Position numbers and translations under genes: made by a program
Part shown: positions 50,832 through 60,243 of the stretch, piece by piece
Position numbering within the stretch: position 1 is the first letter of the stretch
Layout of the letters: each line of letters begins with the position of its first letter
Assembly (NCBI GenBank): GCA_018238545.1
Contig: JABCTC010000018.1
Span: forward strand, 1 to 64,000
Length of the DNA stretch: 64,000 nt
Source of the DNA: Candidatus Heimdallarchaeota archaeon
GTDB lineage: Archaea > Asgardarchaeota > Heimdallarchaeia > Heimdallarchaeales > Heimdallarchaeaceae
Direction: 5' to 3'
Notes under the pieces: model-generated
Told to the model about the DNA's origin: nothing
What the model saw: the letters and a program-made list of their open reading frames with translations, nothing else
Database searches by the model: none

Positions 50832-52301
50832 TTATGAAATAATTAAAGATCTGAATCTATTTATCCCTCGACTAATATTCGATTTTGCCTGTTCAGTACC
50901 AAATTTGGAGATTATAAAAAGTATTCCAATTGATAGAAGAACAGCGAAAATCATAATCAAACCGACGTAGTATGTATCTATTGAAAAGAAAGTAAAATAG
51001 GCTGTGCCTAAGTATAATTGAAGAAGTGTTGTAGTAAATCCTAGTTTCCAAAAGGTTTTCATTTTTATTGGACGATTGTGTTGTTCAGCAATATTGAGAA
51101 CAAGGATATTGTCACCTAGAGGAGTCAAATTATCTCCCCAATTTGCACCCACTGAGAGTCCATAGAAGACACTTGCATTAGTATTCATAGCTTGTACAAG
51201 AGGTATCATAACCTTGGTAATTGGTATATTATCTATCAAAGAACTGAGAAATGCAGATAACCATACCAATATTATGATTTGAAATGTAGGATTAATTGAA
51301 CTAATTCCGCCAAGCAGATTACCTAAGAGATCGATAATTCCAACAGTTTCCATAGCTCCAGCTAGAACGAATATACCTAGTAAATAGAGTATCAATTCTA
51401 AATCAAAGTTTTTTATGATTTCCTTTGGTTTTATACCAAAAATTGCACTAAAGATTGTTAATATCATCGCTACAGTAAATGCGAAGATATCGGGAGGAAC
51501 AGCATCTGCTGGGATTACAGGTCCAATTAGTACGAAACCTACCATTAAGATCCCTATACTAGCCATTGACGCATACAGTAGTTTTTTACTCTGCACAAAA
51601 TTCCAAACATTGAATTCATCTAAGGTATCTACTAATCTTTGTCTTGGACTATCACGGAAATCTTTCCAATACATAAATATGAAAAACAGCAAAGTAATTC
51701 CAGCCATTGCCATCGAGAATAAACCTACATTAAGAAAATATTCTATAAAAGTAATTTCAGCAGCTGTTACTATGAGGATGTTAGGGATAGAGGATATAGA
51801 AAAGAATGTCCCACCTATATTTACTAAAATTGCTTCAGTCAAAATATATGGTGTTGGATCTATTTTTAGAATACGAGATATAGTGATAGTGAGTGGAATC
51901 AGTATCATCACTGTCAAAATATTGTTAATAACAGCAGAGAATAGCACTGATATTGTACAGAGAATTGACATTAGAGCGATAGGTTTGCCTTTAGAGAGTT
52001 TTATCGCAAGTATGCCTAGAAACTGAAATAAACCTGCTTCAGCTGAAACTTGAACAATAAACATCATGCCAAGAATTAGGATCAAAGAATGAAGGTTAAC
52101 AAAACCATCTGTAGGAGTTCCGAATAATAGATCAACAATAATGGAAAAATCTTTTCCTTCTATAAATATTAAAACAAAATAAGTTACTACCGCAGCTGTA
52201 AGAGAAGCTACAGCTCTATTTAGTTTATCAGAGAAAATTAGAAAAATGACGATAAAAAAGCAGAAAGCGATAATTATCTGACTTGCTAAAATTTCATTCA
52301 C
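50832..52301 (-). CDS. ArsB/NhaD (SLC13, P-protein-like) ion-transporter permease
   Basis: SAVINNILTV, NIGGTFFSISSIPN, SSLIDNIP and ANWGDNLTPLGDN. Confidence 0.88.
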   Translation of the reverse strand: MNEILASQIIIAFCFFIVIFLIFSDKLNRAVASLTAAVVTYFVLIFIEGKDFSIIVDLLFGTPTDGFVNLHSLILILGMMFIVQVSAEAGLFQFLGILAIKLSKGKPIALMSILCTISVLFSAVINNILTVMILIPLTITISRILKIDPTPYILTEAILVNIGGTFFSISSIPNILIVTAAEITFIEYFLNVGLFSMAMAGITLLFFIFMYWKDFRDSPRQRLVDTLDEFNVWNFVQSKKLLYASMASIGILMVGFVLIGPVIPADAVPPDIFAFTVAMILTIFSAIFGIKPKEIIKNFDLELILYLLGIFVLAGAMETVGIIDLLGNLLGGISSINPTFQIIILVWLSAFLSSLIDNIPITKVMIPLVQAMNTNASVFYGLSVGANWGDNLTPLGDNILVLNIAEQHNRPIKMKTFWKLGFTTTLLQLYLGTAYFTFFSIDTYYVGLIMIFAVLLSIGILFIISKFGTEQAKSNISRGINRFRSLIIS

Positions 52302-52552
52302 CTATCTAATTCATTGAACACTCTAAATAGCTATTTAATTAAACAAATAGACCAATTATTTTGTCTTCACACGAGAGTTGCAAAGATAGTTATAAAACAT
52401 TCCGAAAAGACAGTTGAATTCTTAAGTAACTATAGATGAGTAAAAAAAATTAAATTTATTTTTGTATTTCTTTCTTCAATAATTTGGAAGTAAGGAAATA
52501 ACCTGTAAAAAAATCAAAATAAAAAGGGGGAGAAAAAAAGAAAAAATAAAGT

Positions 52553-55500
52553 TTAATTTCTTCTTTTTCTTAAAGCAAAAGTTAGAGCTAGAAGTGTAAG
52601 TACAGAAGCGAATAGAAAAATACTCGATTGGTTAGTGTCTTCAGGATGATCTTCTGGATCGGTAGGATCGGTACCATAAGTAAACAATTCTTCACTATCA
52701 CTCCAACCATCACCATCAGTATCAGAATTGTTGGGATTAGTGTTTTGATAATACTCGTCTAAATTGGTTAAAGTATCACCATCAGGATCGTAACCTGCAT
52801 CATTGACTGAAGGATCAAGGCCATTATCGACTTCCCAACCGTCAGGCATGCCATCGTAGTCAGAATCAGTGCTATTTGGGTCAGAATTGTAAGAATATTC
52901 TTCGAGATTAGTCAAACCGTCACCATCAAGATCTGAAGAAGCATCAGAAGGATTTAATGGGTCAAGACCATTATCATATTCCCAACCATCGGGCATCAAA
53001 TCATCATCAGTGTCACTGTCGAGAGGATCTGTATTAGTATTCATATATTCCTCGTAGTTAGATAAACCATCCGCGTCAGGATCTTCACCACCATCATGAA
53101 CAAGAGGATTTGTGCCATATTCAACTTCCCAGTCATCCCACATCGAGTCATAATCTGTGTCCCAATATTGAGGATTAGTTCCATGAGTATATTCTTCAAG
53201 GTTAGTCAATGTATCGCCATCAGGATCTAAAGCAGAATCATCGGATAAAGGATTGAGACTATTGTCGACTTCCCAGCCATCAGGCATCAAATCATCATCA
53301 GAATCGGAATCTTGAGGGTCAGTACCAATGGTATATTCGTCCAAATTATACAATCCATCACTATCAAGGTCAGAATATGCATCATCAACCAAAGGGTTGA
53401 GAGTGTTATCAACTTCCCAGCCGTCAGGCATGGAATCACCATCTGTGTCGTCGTTATTTGGATCAGTGTTATTAGTATATTCTTCAAGGTTAGTCAATGT
53501 ATCGCCATCAGGATCTAAAGCAGAATCATCAATCTCAGTATTCAGTCCATGTTGGTCTTCCCAGATATCATTCATTCCATCGTTATCAAAATCGTAAAAT
53601 GAGGGATAATCAGTGTTATCAGTAGGGTCAGTACCAAGTGTAACTTCTAAACCATCATTAAATCCATCATCGTCTGAATCAGTATCTAGAGGATAAGTAC
53701 CAATAGTATATTCTTCAAGATTAGTTAAATCATCACTATCAGGATCTAAAGAAGAATCATCAACGAGAGGATTAAGACCGTTATCAACTTCCCAGCCGTC
53801 AGGCATGGAATCACTATCTGTATCACTATCATTTGGATTAGTTCCCCAAGCAATTTCTTCATCATCCAAAAGCCCATCATCGTCTGAATCAGCGTCATTT
53901 GGATCAGTGTCATTAGTATATTCTTCAAGATTAGTTAAATTATCACTATCGGAATCTAAAGAAGAATCATCAACAAGAGGGTTGAGGCCGTTATCTACTT
54001 CCCAGCCATCGGGAATTAAATCATTGTCTGAATCAGCGTCATTTGGATCAGTGTTATTAGTATATTCTTCGAGATTGGTTAAATCGTCACTGTCTGGATC
54101 TAATGAAGCATCAGAAGCATCTAGTGGGTTAAGACTATTATCAACTTCCCAGCCATCTAGCATTAAATCATTGTCTGAATCAGCGTCATTTGGATCAGTG
54201 TCATTAGTATATTCTTCAAGGTTGGATAAACCATCACTATCGGAATCTAAAGAAGAATCATCAACAAGAGGATCGAGACCATTATCAACTTCCCAACCAT
54301 CAGGCATCAAATCATCATCAGAATCAACGTCATTTGGATTAGTTCCAGCTACTACTTCTTCATTATCTAATAGTCCATCACCGTCTGAGTCTGGGTCGAG
54401 AGGGTCGGTGCCCGCAGTATATTCTTGAAGATTAGTCAATGTATCGCCATCAGGGTCTAATGCAGAATCATCAACAAGTGGGTTGAGACTATTGTCCACT
54501 TCCCAACCATCAGGCATGCCATCGTCATCTGAGTCGGAATCATTGGGGTCGGTTCCAGCTGCTACCTCTTCATTATCAAGTAGTCCATCATTGTCGGAAT
54601 CATTATCGTTTGGATCAGTATCATTAGTATATTCTTCAAGGTTAGTCAATGTATCGCCATCAGGATCTAAAGAAGAATCATCAACAAGAGGATCGAGACC
54701 ATTATCAACTTCCCAACCATCAGGCATCAAATCGTCATCAGAGTCGGAATCTTGAGGGTCAGTACCATTAGTATATTCGCCTAAATTGTCCAAACCATCA
54801 CTATCAGGATCTAAAGAAGAATCATCAACTAAGGGATTAAGACCATTGTCCACTTCCCAATTATCTGGCATCAAATCATCGTCAGAATCGTTGTCATTGG
54901 GGTCGGTATTATTTGTGTATTCTTCGATATTGGTTAAACCGTCACCATCTGGATCTAAAGAAGAATCATCAACTAAAGGATCGAGACCATTGTCGACTTC
55001 CCAGCCATCGGGCATTAAATCATCATCAGAGTCATTATCATTGGGATCTGTTCCTTGAATATATTCACCATAATTATCCAAACCATCACTATCAGGATCT
55101 AAAGAAGAATCATCAACCAAAGGATTAAGGCTGTTATCAACTTCCCAGCCATCAGGCATCAAATCGTTGTCTGTGTCATTGTCGTTTGGATCGGTTCCAG
55201 CTACAATCTCTTCATTATCTAAGAGTCCGTCATCATCAGAGTCATTGTCATGGGGGTCAGTGTTATTTGTATATTCTTGGAGGTTGGTCAGACTATCTCC
55301 ATCAGGATCTAAAGCAGAATCATCAACGAGAGGATCGAGACCATTATCGACTTCCCAACCATCGGGCATGGAATCGCTATCTGTGTCATTGTTGTTAGGG
55401 TCTGTTCCATATAGATATTTTTCTTCTCTATCATCTATCCCATCATTATCTGTATCTATTACGTTCAATGGGTAGAGGTCTACTCCGTTTCCTGGACCGC

Positions 55501-56902
55501 TTATTGCATAAGTTCCTGTTTCATTCCAATTTGACCAATAATTTCCTTCATTTGTATTCACGTCATACCAAGTATTTACTGTATCACCGTACGCTTGTGA
55601 ATCTTGCCCTATACTGTTGTTTATGAAGATATTATGATATATTCTGTTAGGGTTGGAACCGCCTAAATATAATCCATAACCATATTCCGATACTTCATTA
55701 TAATTGTTTACAAAAATATTGTTAGTTATATTGGAATAACTTGCCCAAAATGTATGTAGTCCATATCCATTGTTCTTACTACATGTATTATTATCAATGA
55801 TAGAATAATAAGGACCTAAGATATATATTCCAGCGTTGCTGTTATTCTCACAAGTATTATTTGTAACTACATTACTTGAATACCTAAGATACATTCCATA
55901 GATGTCGTTGTTATTGCAAGTGTTGTTGGTTACAGTTGTAGAATCAGATTCATAGACATATATCCCTGAATTGTCATTATTTGCACAGGTATTGTTCGCA
56001 ACATTTGTATTTGCAGCATATTCAATATAGATTCCATTCACATTTCCTGTACAAGTATTTTCTGCAACAGTTGGAGAAGAAGAAGCTTCAGCAATATGAA
56101 TTCCGTTATTACCGTTGTTCTCAATAGTATTGTTTCTTATTTCAGGATAAGCTGTCCAACGAATTCGTAGCCCATACCCAGTATTTTCTGAACAGGTATT
56201 GTCAGTCACAGTTGCATTATTACCATTATAATCGATATATATACCTAGAGCATTACTTTCACAAGTATTGTTATCAATGATTACTGATGCACTATTATAA
56301 CTGTATATTCCATTGCCTGAATTGTTTGAGCATATGTTGTTTGTTATGGTAGAATTAGTTGATTTCCATAGAACAATACCATCAGTATTGTCTGTACATA
56401 CATTCCCGTCAATTGTAGTATTCAGACTTTGCAGTATGTACATTCCATATTGAGCATTATTTGCACAAGTATTATTTATTACTTTAGCTGTTCCCGCAGC
56501 AACACCAGTGATACGTATTCCATAGTTCAATCCATCTAAATAATTATCACGAATAACAAAATGCATTGTCGTACCTGTAACGTAAATAGCTGTGTCGTCA
56601 GTTGTTGTAATGTTATAATTATTTATTATATACGGATCACCTTCACTTCCATCCCCTGAAGTACTAGAAGCTGCCAAAGTAGCATTATTCCATATATAAA
56701 TATCTTCTGTAAGTTCTACGTAAGCCATCTTATTATAGTCTTGATCGTTAGGCATGTATACTTCACTATCAAAACTAGGTTCTACTGTGCTTGTATTAAC
56801 CAAATTGAAACTGATTGCAACACTCATAACTAAGCACAAAGCCAGAAAAATTGAAACTCCTTTTTTATAGGATCCAAAATATTTTTTTAAATTATTTATC
56901 AC
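52553..56902 (-). CDS. Large surface protein: NosD/pectin-lyase-like beta-helix + Ca-binding DxDxDG repeats + C-terminal membrane anchor
   Basis: Signal peptide, NNTCxNN beta-helix turns, GNYWS, ~16 repeat units and IFLFASVLTLLALTFALRKRRN tail. Confidence 0.88.
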   Translation of the reverse strand: MINNLKKYFGSYKKGVSIFLALCLVMSVAISFNLVNTSTVEPSFDSEVYMPNDQDYNKMAYVELTEDIYIWNNATLAASSTSGDGSEGDPYIINNYNITTTDDTAIYVTGTTMHFVIRDNYLDGLNYGIRITGVAAGTAKVINNTCANNAQYGMYILQSLNTTIDGNVCTDNTDGIVLWKSTNSTITNNICSNNSGNGIYSYNSASVIIDNNTCESNALGIYIDYNGNNATVTDNTCSENTGYGLRIRWTAYPEIRNNTIENNGNNGIHIAEASSSPTVAENTCTGNVNGIYIEYAANTNVANNTCANNDNSGIYVYESDSTTVTNNTCNNNDIYGMYLRYSSNVVTNNTCENNSNAGIYILGPYYSIIDNNTCSKNNGYGLHTFWASYSNITNNIFVNNYNEVSEYGYGLYLGGSNPNRIYHNIFINNSIGQDSQAYGDTVNTWYDVNTNEGNYWSNWNETGTYAISGPGNGVDLYPLNVIDTDNDGIDDREEKYLYGTDPNNNDTDSDSMPDGWEVDNGLDPLVDDSALDPDGDSLTNLQEYTNNTDPHDNDSDDDGLLDNEEIVAGTDPNDNDTDNDLMPDGWEVDNSLNPLVDDSSLDPDSDGLDNYGEYIQGTDPNDNDSDDDLMPDGWEVDNGLDPLVDDSSLDPDGDGLTNIEEYTNNTDPNDNDSDDDLMPDNWEVDNGLNPLVDDSSLDPDSDGLDNLGEYTNGTDPQDSDSDDDLMPDGWEVDNGLDPLVDDSSLDPDGDTLTNLEEYTNDTDPNDNDSDNDGLLDNEEVAAGTDPNDSDSDDDGMPDGWEVDNSLNPLVDDSALDPDGDTLTNLQEYTAGTDPLDPDSDGDGLLDNEEVVAGTNPNDVDSDDDLMPDGWEVDNGLDPLVDDSSLDSDSDGLSNLEEYTNDTDPNDADSDNDLMLDGWEVDNSLNPLDASDASLDPDSDDLTNLEEYTNNTDPNDADSDNDLIPDGWEVDNGLNPLVDDSSLDSDSDNLTNLEEYTNDTDPNDADSDDDGLLDDEEIAWGTNPNDSDTDSDSMPDGWEVDNGLNPLVDDSSLDPDSDDLTNLEEYTIGTYPLDTDSDDDGFNDGLEVTLGTDPTDNTDYPSFYDFDNDGMNDIWEDQHGLNTEIDDSALDPDGDTLTNLEEYTNNTDPNNDDTDGDSMPDGWEVDNTLNPLVDDAYSDLDSDGLYNLDEYTIGTDPQDSDSDDDLMPDGWEVDNSLNPLSDDSALDPDGDTLTNLEEYTHGTNPQYWDTDYDSMWDDWEVEYGTNPLVHDGGEDPDADGLSNYEEYMNTNTDPLDSDTDDDLMPDGWEYDNGLDPLNPSDASSDLDGDGLTNLEEYSYNSDPNSTDSDYDGMPDGWEVDNGLDPSVNDAGYDPDGDTLTNLDEYYQNTNPNNSDTDGDGWSDSEELFTYGTDPTDPEDHPEDTNQSSIFLFASVLTLLALTFALRKRRN
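52650..55456 (-). repeat. Coding tandem repeat (~144-nt units with interspersed ~66-nt half units)
   Basis: DSDDDLMPDGWEVDNGLDPLVDDSSLDPDGDxLTNLEEYTNxTDPNDx repeated about 16 times. Confidence 0.9.
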
Positions 56903-57149
56903 TAAATATTCCCCTTTTTAAAGCAATTAGATTATCTTTGAAGTTGCTATTTAAGTATATTGAATTGTAGTTACACAGATTTAGAATTAATACACAAATT
57001 TAGTGTAAATTATTCTAAAACAAATTTAAACAACAGCCAATGAAGACGCTAGCCTTATAAGTTTTTCAAATTCTCTAACTTCATGAGGGGTTATTTTGTA
57101 CAAAACTATAAAAGTTGAGGTCTTTTTATAAGAAAATTAACATAGAAGA

Positions 57150-58376
57150 ATGATGTTAATTAAAGGGAAAGAATCAGCAAAATGGATAGAAACAACCATC
57201 CCTTTAATACTTAATCCAGGAACAACAAAGCAGCTTTATTTGCAGAAAGCTCAAGCTAAGATCCTAGCTTTCGCTAAACAGTTGCTACCTTTTAAACAGC
57301 ATAGTGCTTCAGCTCTACACTTCCACCATCTGGTCTATACAAAGTTCAAGTATCTAGGCATACAAAGTCAAGTACAAGAAGCGGTGCAGCGGAGAGTGTA
57401 TGCAGCAAAACGAGCGAAAACGTTCGCTCATCTACCTATGGAATTTAATTTTCCGCGGAGTGGGAGGCTCATTCTCTCCAAGAGAGGGAACGCACTTGTT
57501 AAACTCTCTCCTCTCAAACAACGTATAGCCGTACCTATCTTGATGAACGGTGGGTGGAGAAGAGTGGAAGAGCACAGAAAAGGAGGGTGGGAGGCTCACA
57601 GCTGTAAAGTGTTCAAAAGAAAACGTATCTGGGTTATGCATCTTATCATGCGTAAAGCACTCCCACTTCCCCAAGAAGTGGAAGGAACCATCGGTGTGGA
57701 CATAGGAAGAAAGATCATGGCAGCAATCACGGTCAATCATCCTAATTTTCCCTTTGTTGAACAATATCTTGGGAAAGATCTGGCGTGGAAACAACACCAG
57801 TTCTATAATCGTAGAAAAACCTTGCAAAAATATGCTGCGCAAGGAGATAGACGTGCACGGCGTGCACTCAACAGATTACGAAGAAAAGAAACAACTTATG
57901 TTCAAACCCGTTGTGCTCAACTAGCACACGAAATAGTAGACTTAGCTGTAATCACCCGTTCAGCTATAGTTTTGGAAAATCTTACGCATTTACGAAGAAT
58001 GTGGACAAAACAAGCGATGAAACGAAAGAGAGGAGGGAAGAAGACCAGACGTGCACTCAATCGCTGGTCATACAGTCTCTTTCATACTACTTTGACTCGA
58101 GTAGCACAATTACACCATGTTCCTGTGGTATTTGTCCGTCCGCAATATACCAGTCAAACCTGCTCACAGTGTGGACATCGAAGTAAGAACTCACGAACCA
58201 CTCGTGACCTATTTAGGTGTGTCAATTGTAATTTCACTGTTAACGCTGACCGCAATGCATCACGTAACCTAGCACTGCTAGGGCAAGTAGTTTTTGGTCT
58301 CCCCTTCTTCAATGCTTATCGATCTTTCCTTCCCGTTCCTACTGAGCGAAGAATCCTGCGTTCTTCAGTATCTTAG
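57150..58376 (+). CDS. tnpB: RNA-guided endonuclease TnpB (Cas12f-like), RuvC intact
   Basis: RuvC-I IGVDIG, RuvC-II IVLENL, zinc finger YTSQTCSQCG..CVNC and RuvC-III NADRNASRNL. Confidence 0.93.
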   Translation: MMLIKGKESAKWIETTIPLILNPGTTKQLYLQKAQAKILAFAKQLLPFKQHSASALHFHHLVYTKFKYLGIQSQVQEAVQRRVYAAKRAKTFAHLPMEFNFPRSGRLILSKRGNALVKLSPLKQRIAVPILMNGGWRRVEEHRKGGWEAHSCKVFKRKRIWVMHLIMRKALPLPQEVEGTIGVDIGRKIMAAITVNHPNFPFVEQYLGKDLAWKQHQFYNRRKTLQKYAAQGDRRARRALNRLRRKETTYVQTRCAQLAHEIVDLAVITRSAIVLENLTHLRRMWTKQAMKRKRGGKKTRRALNRWSYSLFHTTLTRVAQLHHVPVVFVRPQYTSQTCSQCGHRSKNSRTTRDLFRCVNCNFTVNADRNASRNLALLGQVVFGLPFFNAYRSFLPVPTERRILRSSVS

Positions 58377-58466
58377 GCTAAGGTGCGCTCACCCACCTTC
58401 TATGGCGCGATGAAAGTTCAATCCCTGTTGATTGACTTGAGTGCAAGAGAAATGTATAAATGCAAA
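58270..58466 (+). ncRNA. Putative TnpB omega-RNA (5' end approximate)
   Basis: Hairpins at 58341-58369, 58380-58399 and 58414-58438. Loop CGCTCA (58386-58391) can pair with TGAGTG (58438-58443) as a pseudoknot. Located at the tnpB 3' end as in known omega-RNAs. Confidence 0.65.
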
Positions 58467-58486
58467 TTTGTACAAAAATCAAGTTG

Positions 58487-58888
58487 ATGAGCTATGAAAT
58501 CTTAGATATAGATCTAGAAAGCATAGATGACGACTCGTTGGAACTTATTGTAGATTATCTGAAAAAAAGTGAAATACAGGAATATCCTAAGGATCCTGTT
58601 CCTCCACGTGAAGCAATGCTTAAAGACATCAAACTAAAGCGAGAAGGAAAAGATAGTTTTCTAAGTGTTGTTTTGGATAAAAAAAGAGGACAAATCATAG
58701 CTAGAGCAACAATTTCTGTGAAATTAGAAAATCACGTTGCATATAATCAAGCGAAGCATGTAGCAGATTTTGATCTAACAGTTTTGAAAGATTTTGTTCA
58801 TTTAGAAATCATTGAAAAACTATTCACATCTGTAATCAGTAAAGTGGAAAATTATGATTTTATATTTAACTTCTACAGTTTCTCTTAG
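58487..58888 (+). pseudogene. 3'-truncated GNAT paralog of 43937-45007
   Basis: MSYEI..EYPKDPVPPR..GQIIAR..KHVADFDLTVL matches MSFEI..IYPTDPLVPR..GEIIGR..KHSVEIHINVL. It ends after ~130 aa inside the convergent gene end. Confidence 0.75.
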
Positions 58889-60219
58889 AATTTTTTATCA
58901 GTTTGATATTTAGTTAATTTGAATATTTTAGACAATAACCATTCAAATGAACCTTTAAATTGAACCATATTCCATAGAAATGCAATTAGAAACCAGAATA
59001 GAACCATGAACAATCCGAAAAGTATACTTGTCCAAATGTAGTTATTCCAACCAGGCATAATTGTATTCAATAACCATGCAACCAATTCCGATATTGGTCG
59101 TTCGAGTAGGAAGAATGTTAATGAGTTTCTACTAAACCTGAGAAAAATTGTTGAGAACTTCTTATCACTCTTCTGTAGATCCATTTTGTCCACTCGCTTA
59201 TCAAACATTAATATCATTAATATTGATCCAACAACAATAAAGAATCCAATTTCGAACATCACGATAATATAATCAAAGAGAATATCATCTAGTAGGCCTA
59301 TACTTTCATAAATAGAATCAGGAATTAAGAAAGCAACAACTGCTGCAAGAAACCACCCAACACCTATCCAAATAAATTTGCGTATTTTCTTTTTAGTGGG
59401 ATTGTCAGCTAAAACCATCCCAAAATAAGCTCCTATATAACCAAATCCTAGATAGGGTAAAATAGGAAAATAATTTCCTGCGAATACATCAATGAGATAA
59501 GCCACAAAGTAATTTCCATCTTGAATAGCACTGTCAAAATCATCATAGAAATATATTCGTAAAAAGGATACCAAGATAATTGCTATTCCGAGTGTTAACA
59601 CTATAATTCTTCGATTCTTTTTCTTGTAGTTTTCTGCTTTTCTAAAGATGAGTGTGAATAGTAATCCCATTATTATTAGGTTCCAACCTAACATTGTGAA
59701 TACTGAACCATAGAGCATTTTCTCTGGTGAAACTTGATAAAATTGCCCTGTTCGGATAACACCTGCTAAAAAGGAATGGCTTATACTATGTGTCTCAAAA
59801 TTCATGTTAAGAGGGCTCACTAAATAGGTATAAAGAAAATTAAGGAGTAAGAAAAAGACACCTAAGAAGCACCATCTTTTTCCGAAAGCCTTCCACGCGG
59901 GGTACTTTACTTCATTCCTAAAGTTCTGCTCTAATCGCAGAAAACTTGAGTAAGTATTGACCACGGCTGAAATTAGGGCGAATAATCCTGCCCAATTTAA
60001 GACAACATACATTATCATTAAGAAAACACTTAGATTTTCTAAATCGATTGTTGTTATCAAACCATAATGGTATACTGTACTATGAAGGAAAATTACTAGA
60101 ATAATACCTAACGCACGGACATAATCAAAAACAAGCCATCGCTTAAATTTTCTTTCAGGTAGTTCTGATAACTCATTTTCTTTTGATAAAGCCTGATTTG
60201 TATTCTGCTCCAATTTCAT
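58885..60219 (-). CDS. Membrane acyltransferase-like protein (DUF1624/HGSNAT-like)
   Basis: RWLVFDYVRALGIILVIFLH, YFPILPYLGFGYIG and GSFEWL. About 11 TM segments. Confidence 0.7.
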   Translation of the reverse strand: MKLEQNTNQALSKENELSELPERKFKRWLVFDYVRALGIILVIFLHSTVYHYGLITTIDLENLSVFLMIMYVVLNWAGLFALISAVVNTYSSFLRLEQNFRNEVKYPAWKAFGKRWCFLGVFFLLLNFLYTYLVSPLNMNFETHSISHSFLAGVIRTGQFYQVSPEKMLYGSVFTMLGWNLIIMGLLFTLIFRKAENYKKKNRRIIVLTLGIAIILVSFLRIYFYDDFDSAIQDGNYFVAYLIDVFAGNYFPILPYLGFGYIGAYFGMVLADNPTKKKIRKFIWIGVGWFLAAVVAFLIPDSIYESIGLLDDILFDYIIVMFEIGFFIVVGSILMILMFDKRVDKMDLQKSDKKFSTIFLRFSRNSLTFFLLERPISELVAWLLNTIMPGWNNYIWTSILFGLFMVLFWFLIAFLWNMVQFKGSFEWLLSKIFKLTKYQTDKKF

Positions 60220-60243
60220 GTAAAACGAGTTTATTTTGAGGGG

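Larger units (their letters stand above)
57095..58477 (+). mobile_element. Solo TnpB (IS1341/IS200-IS605-like) element without TnpA; ends uncertain
   Basis: Visibly higher GC than the flanks, tnpB gene, structured 3' region and TTTGTACAAAA copies on both sides. Confidence 0.7.

Noticed and set aside
51415-52026. 203-aa plus-strand ORF
   Set aside because: Antisense shadow of the permease, with no motif and no independent signals.
52650-55456. Regularly spaced DNA repeats resembling a CRISPR array
   Set aside because: Units are in-frame protein repeats with synonymous variation and no unique spacers. No cas genes.
53287-55475. Many Ser-rich plus-strand and alternate-frame ORFs
   Set aside because: Shadow frames of the Asp-rich coding repeat on the minus strand.
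57150-58376. Type V CRISPR effector or nuclease-dead TldR
   Set aside because: No array or cas1/2 adjacent, and all three RuvC catalytic residues are present.
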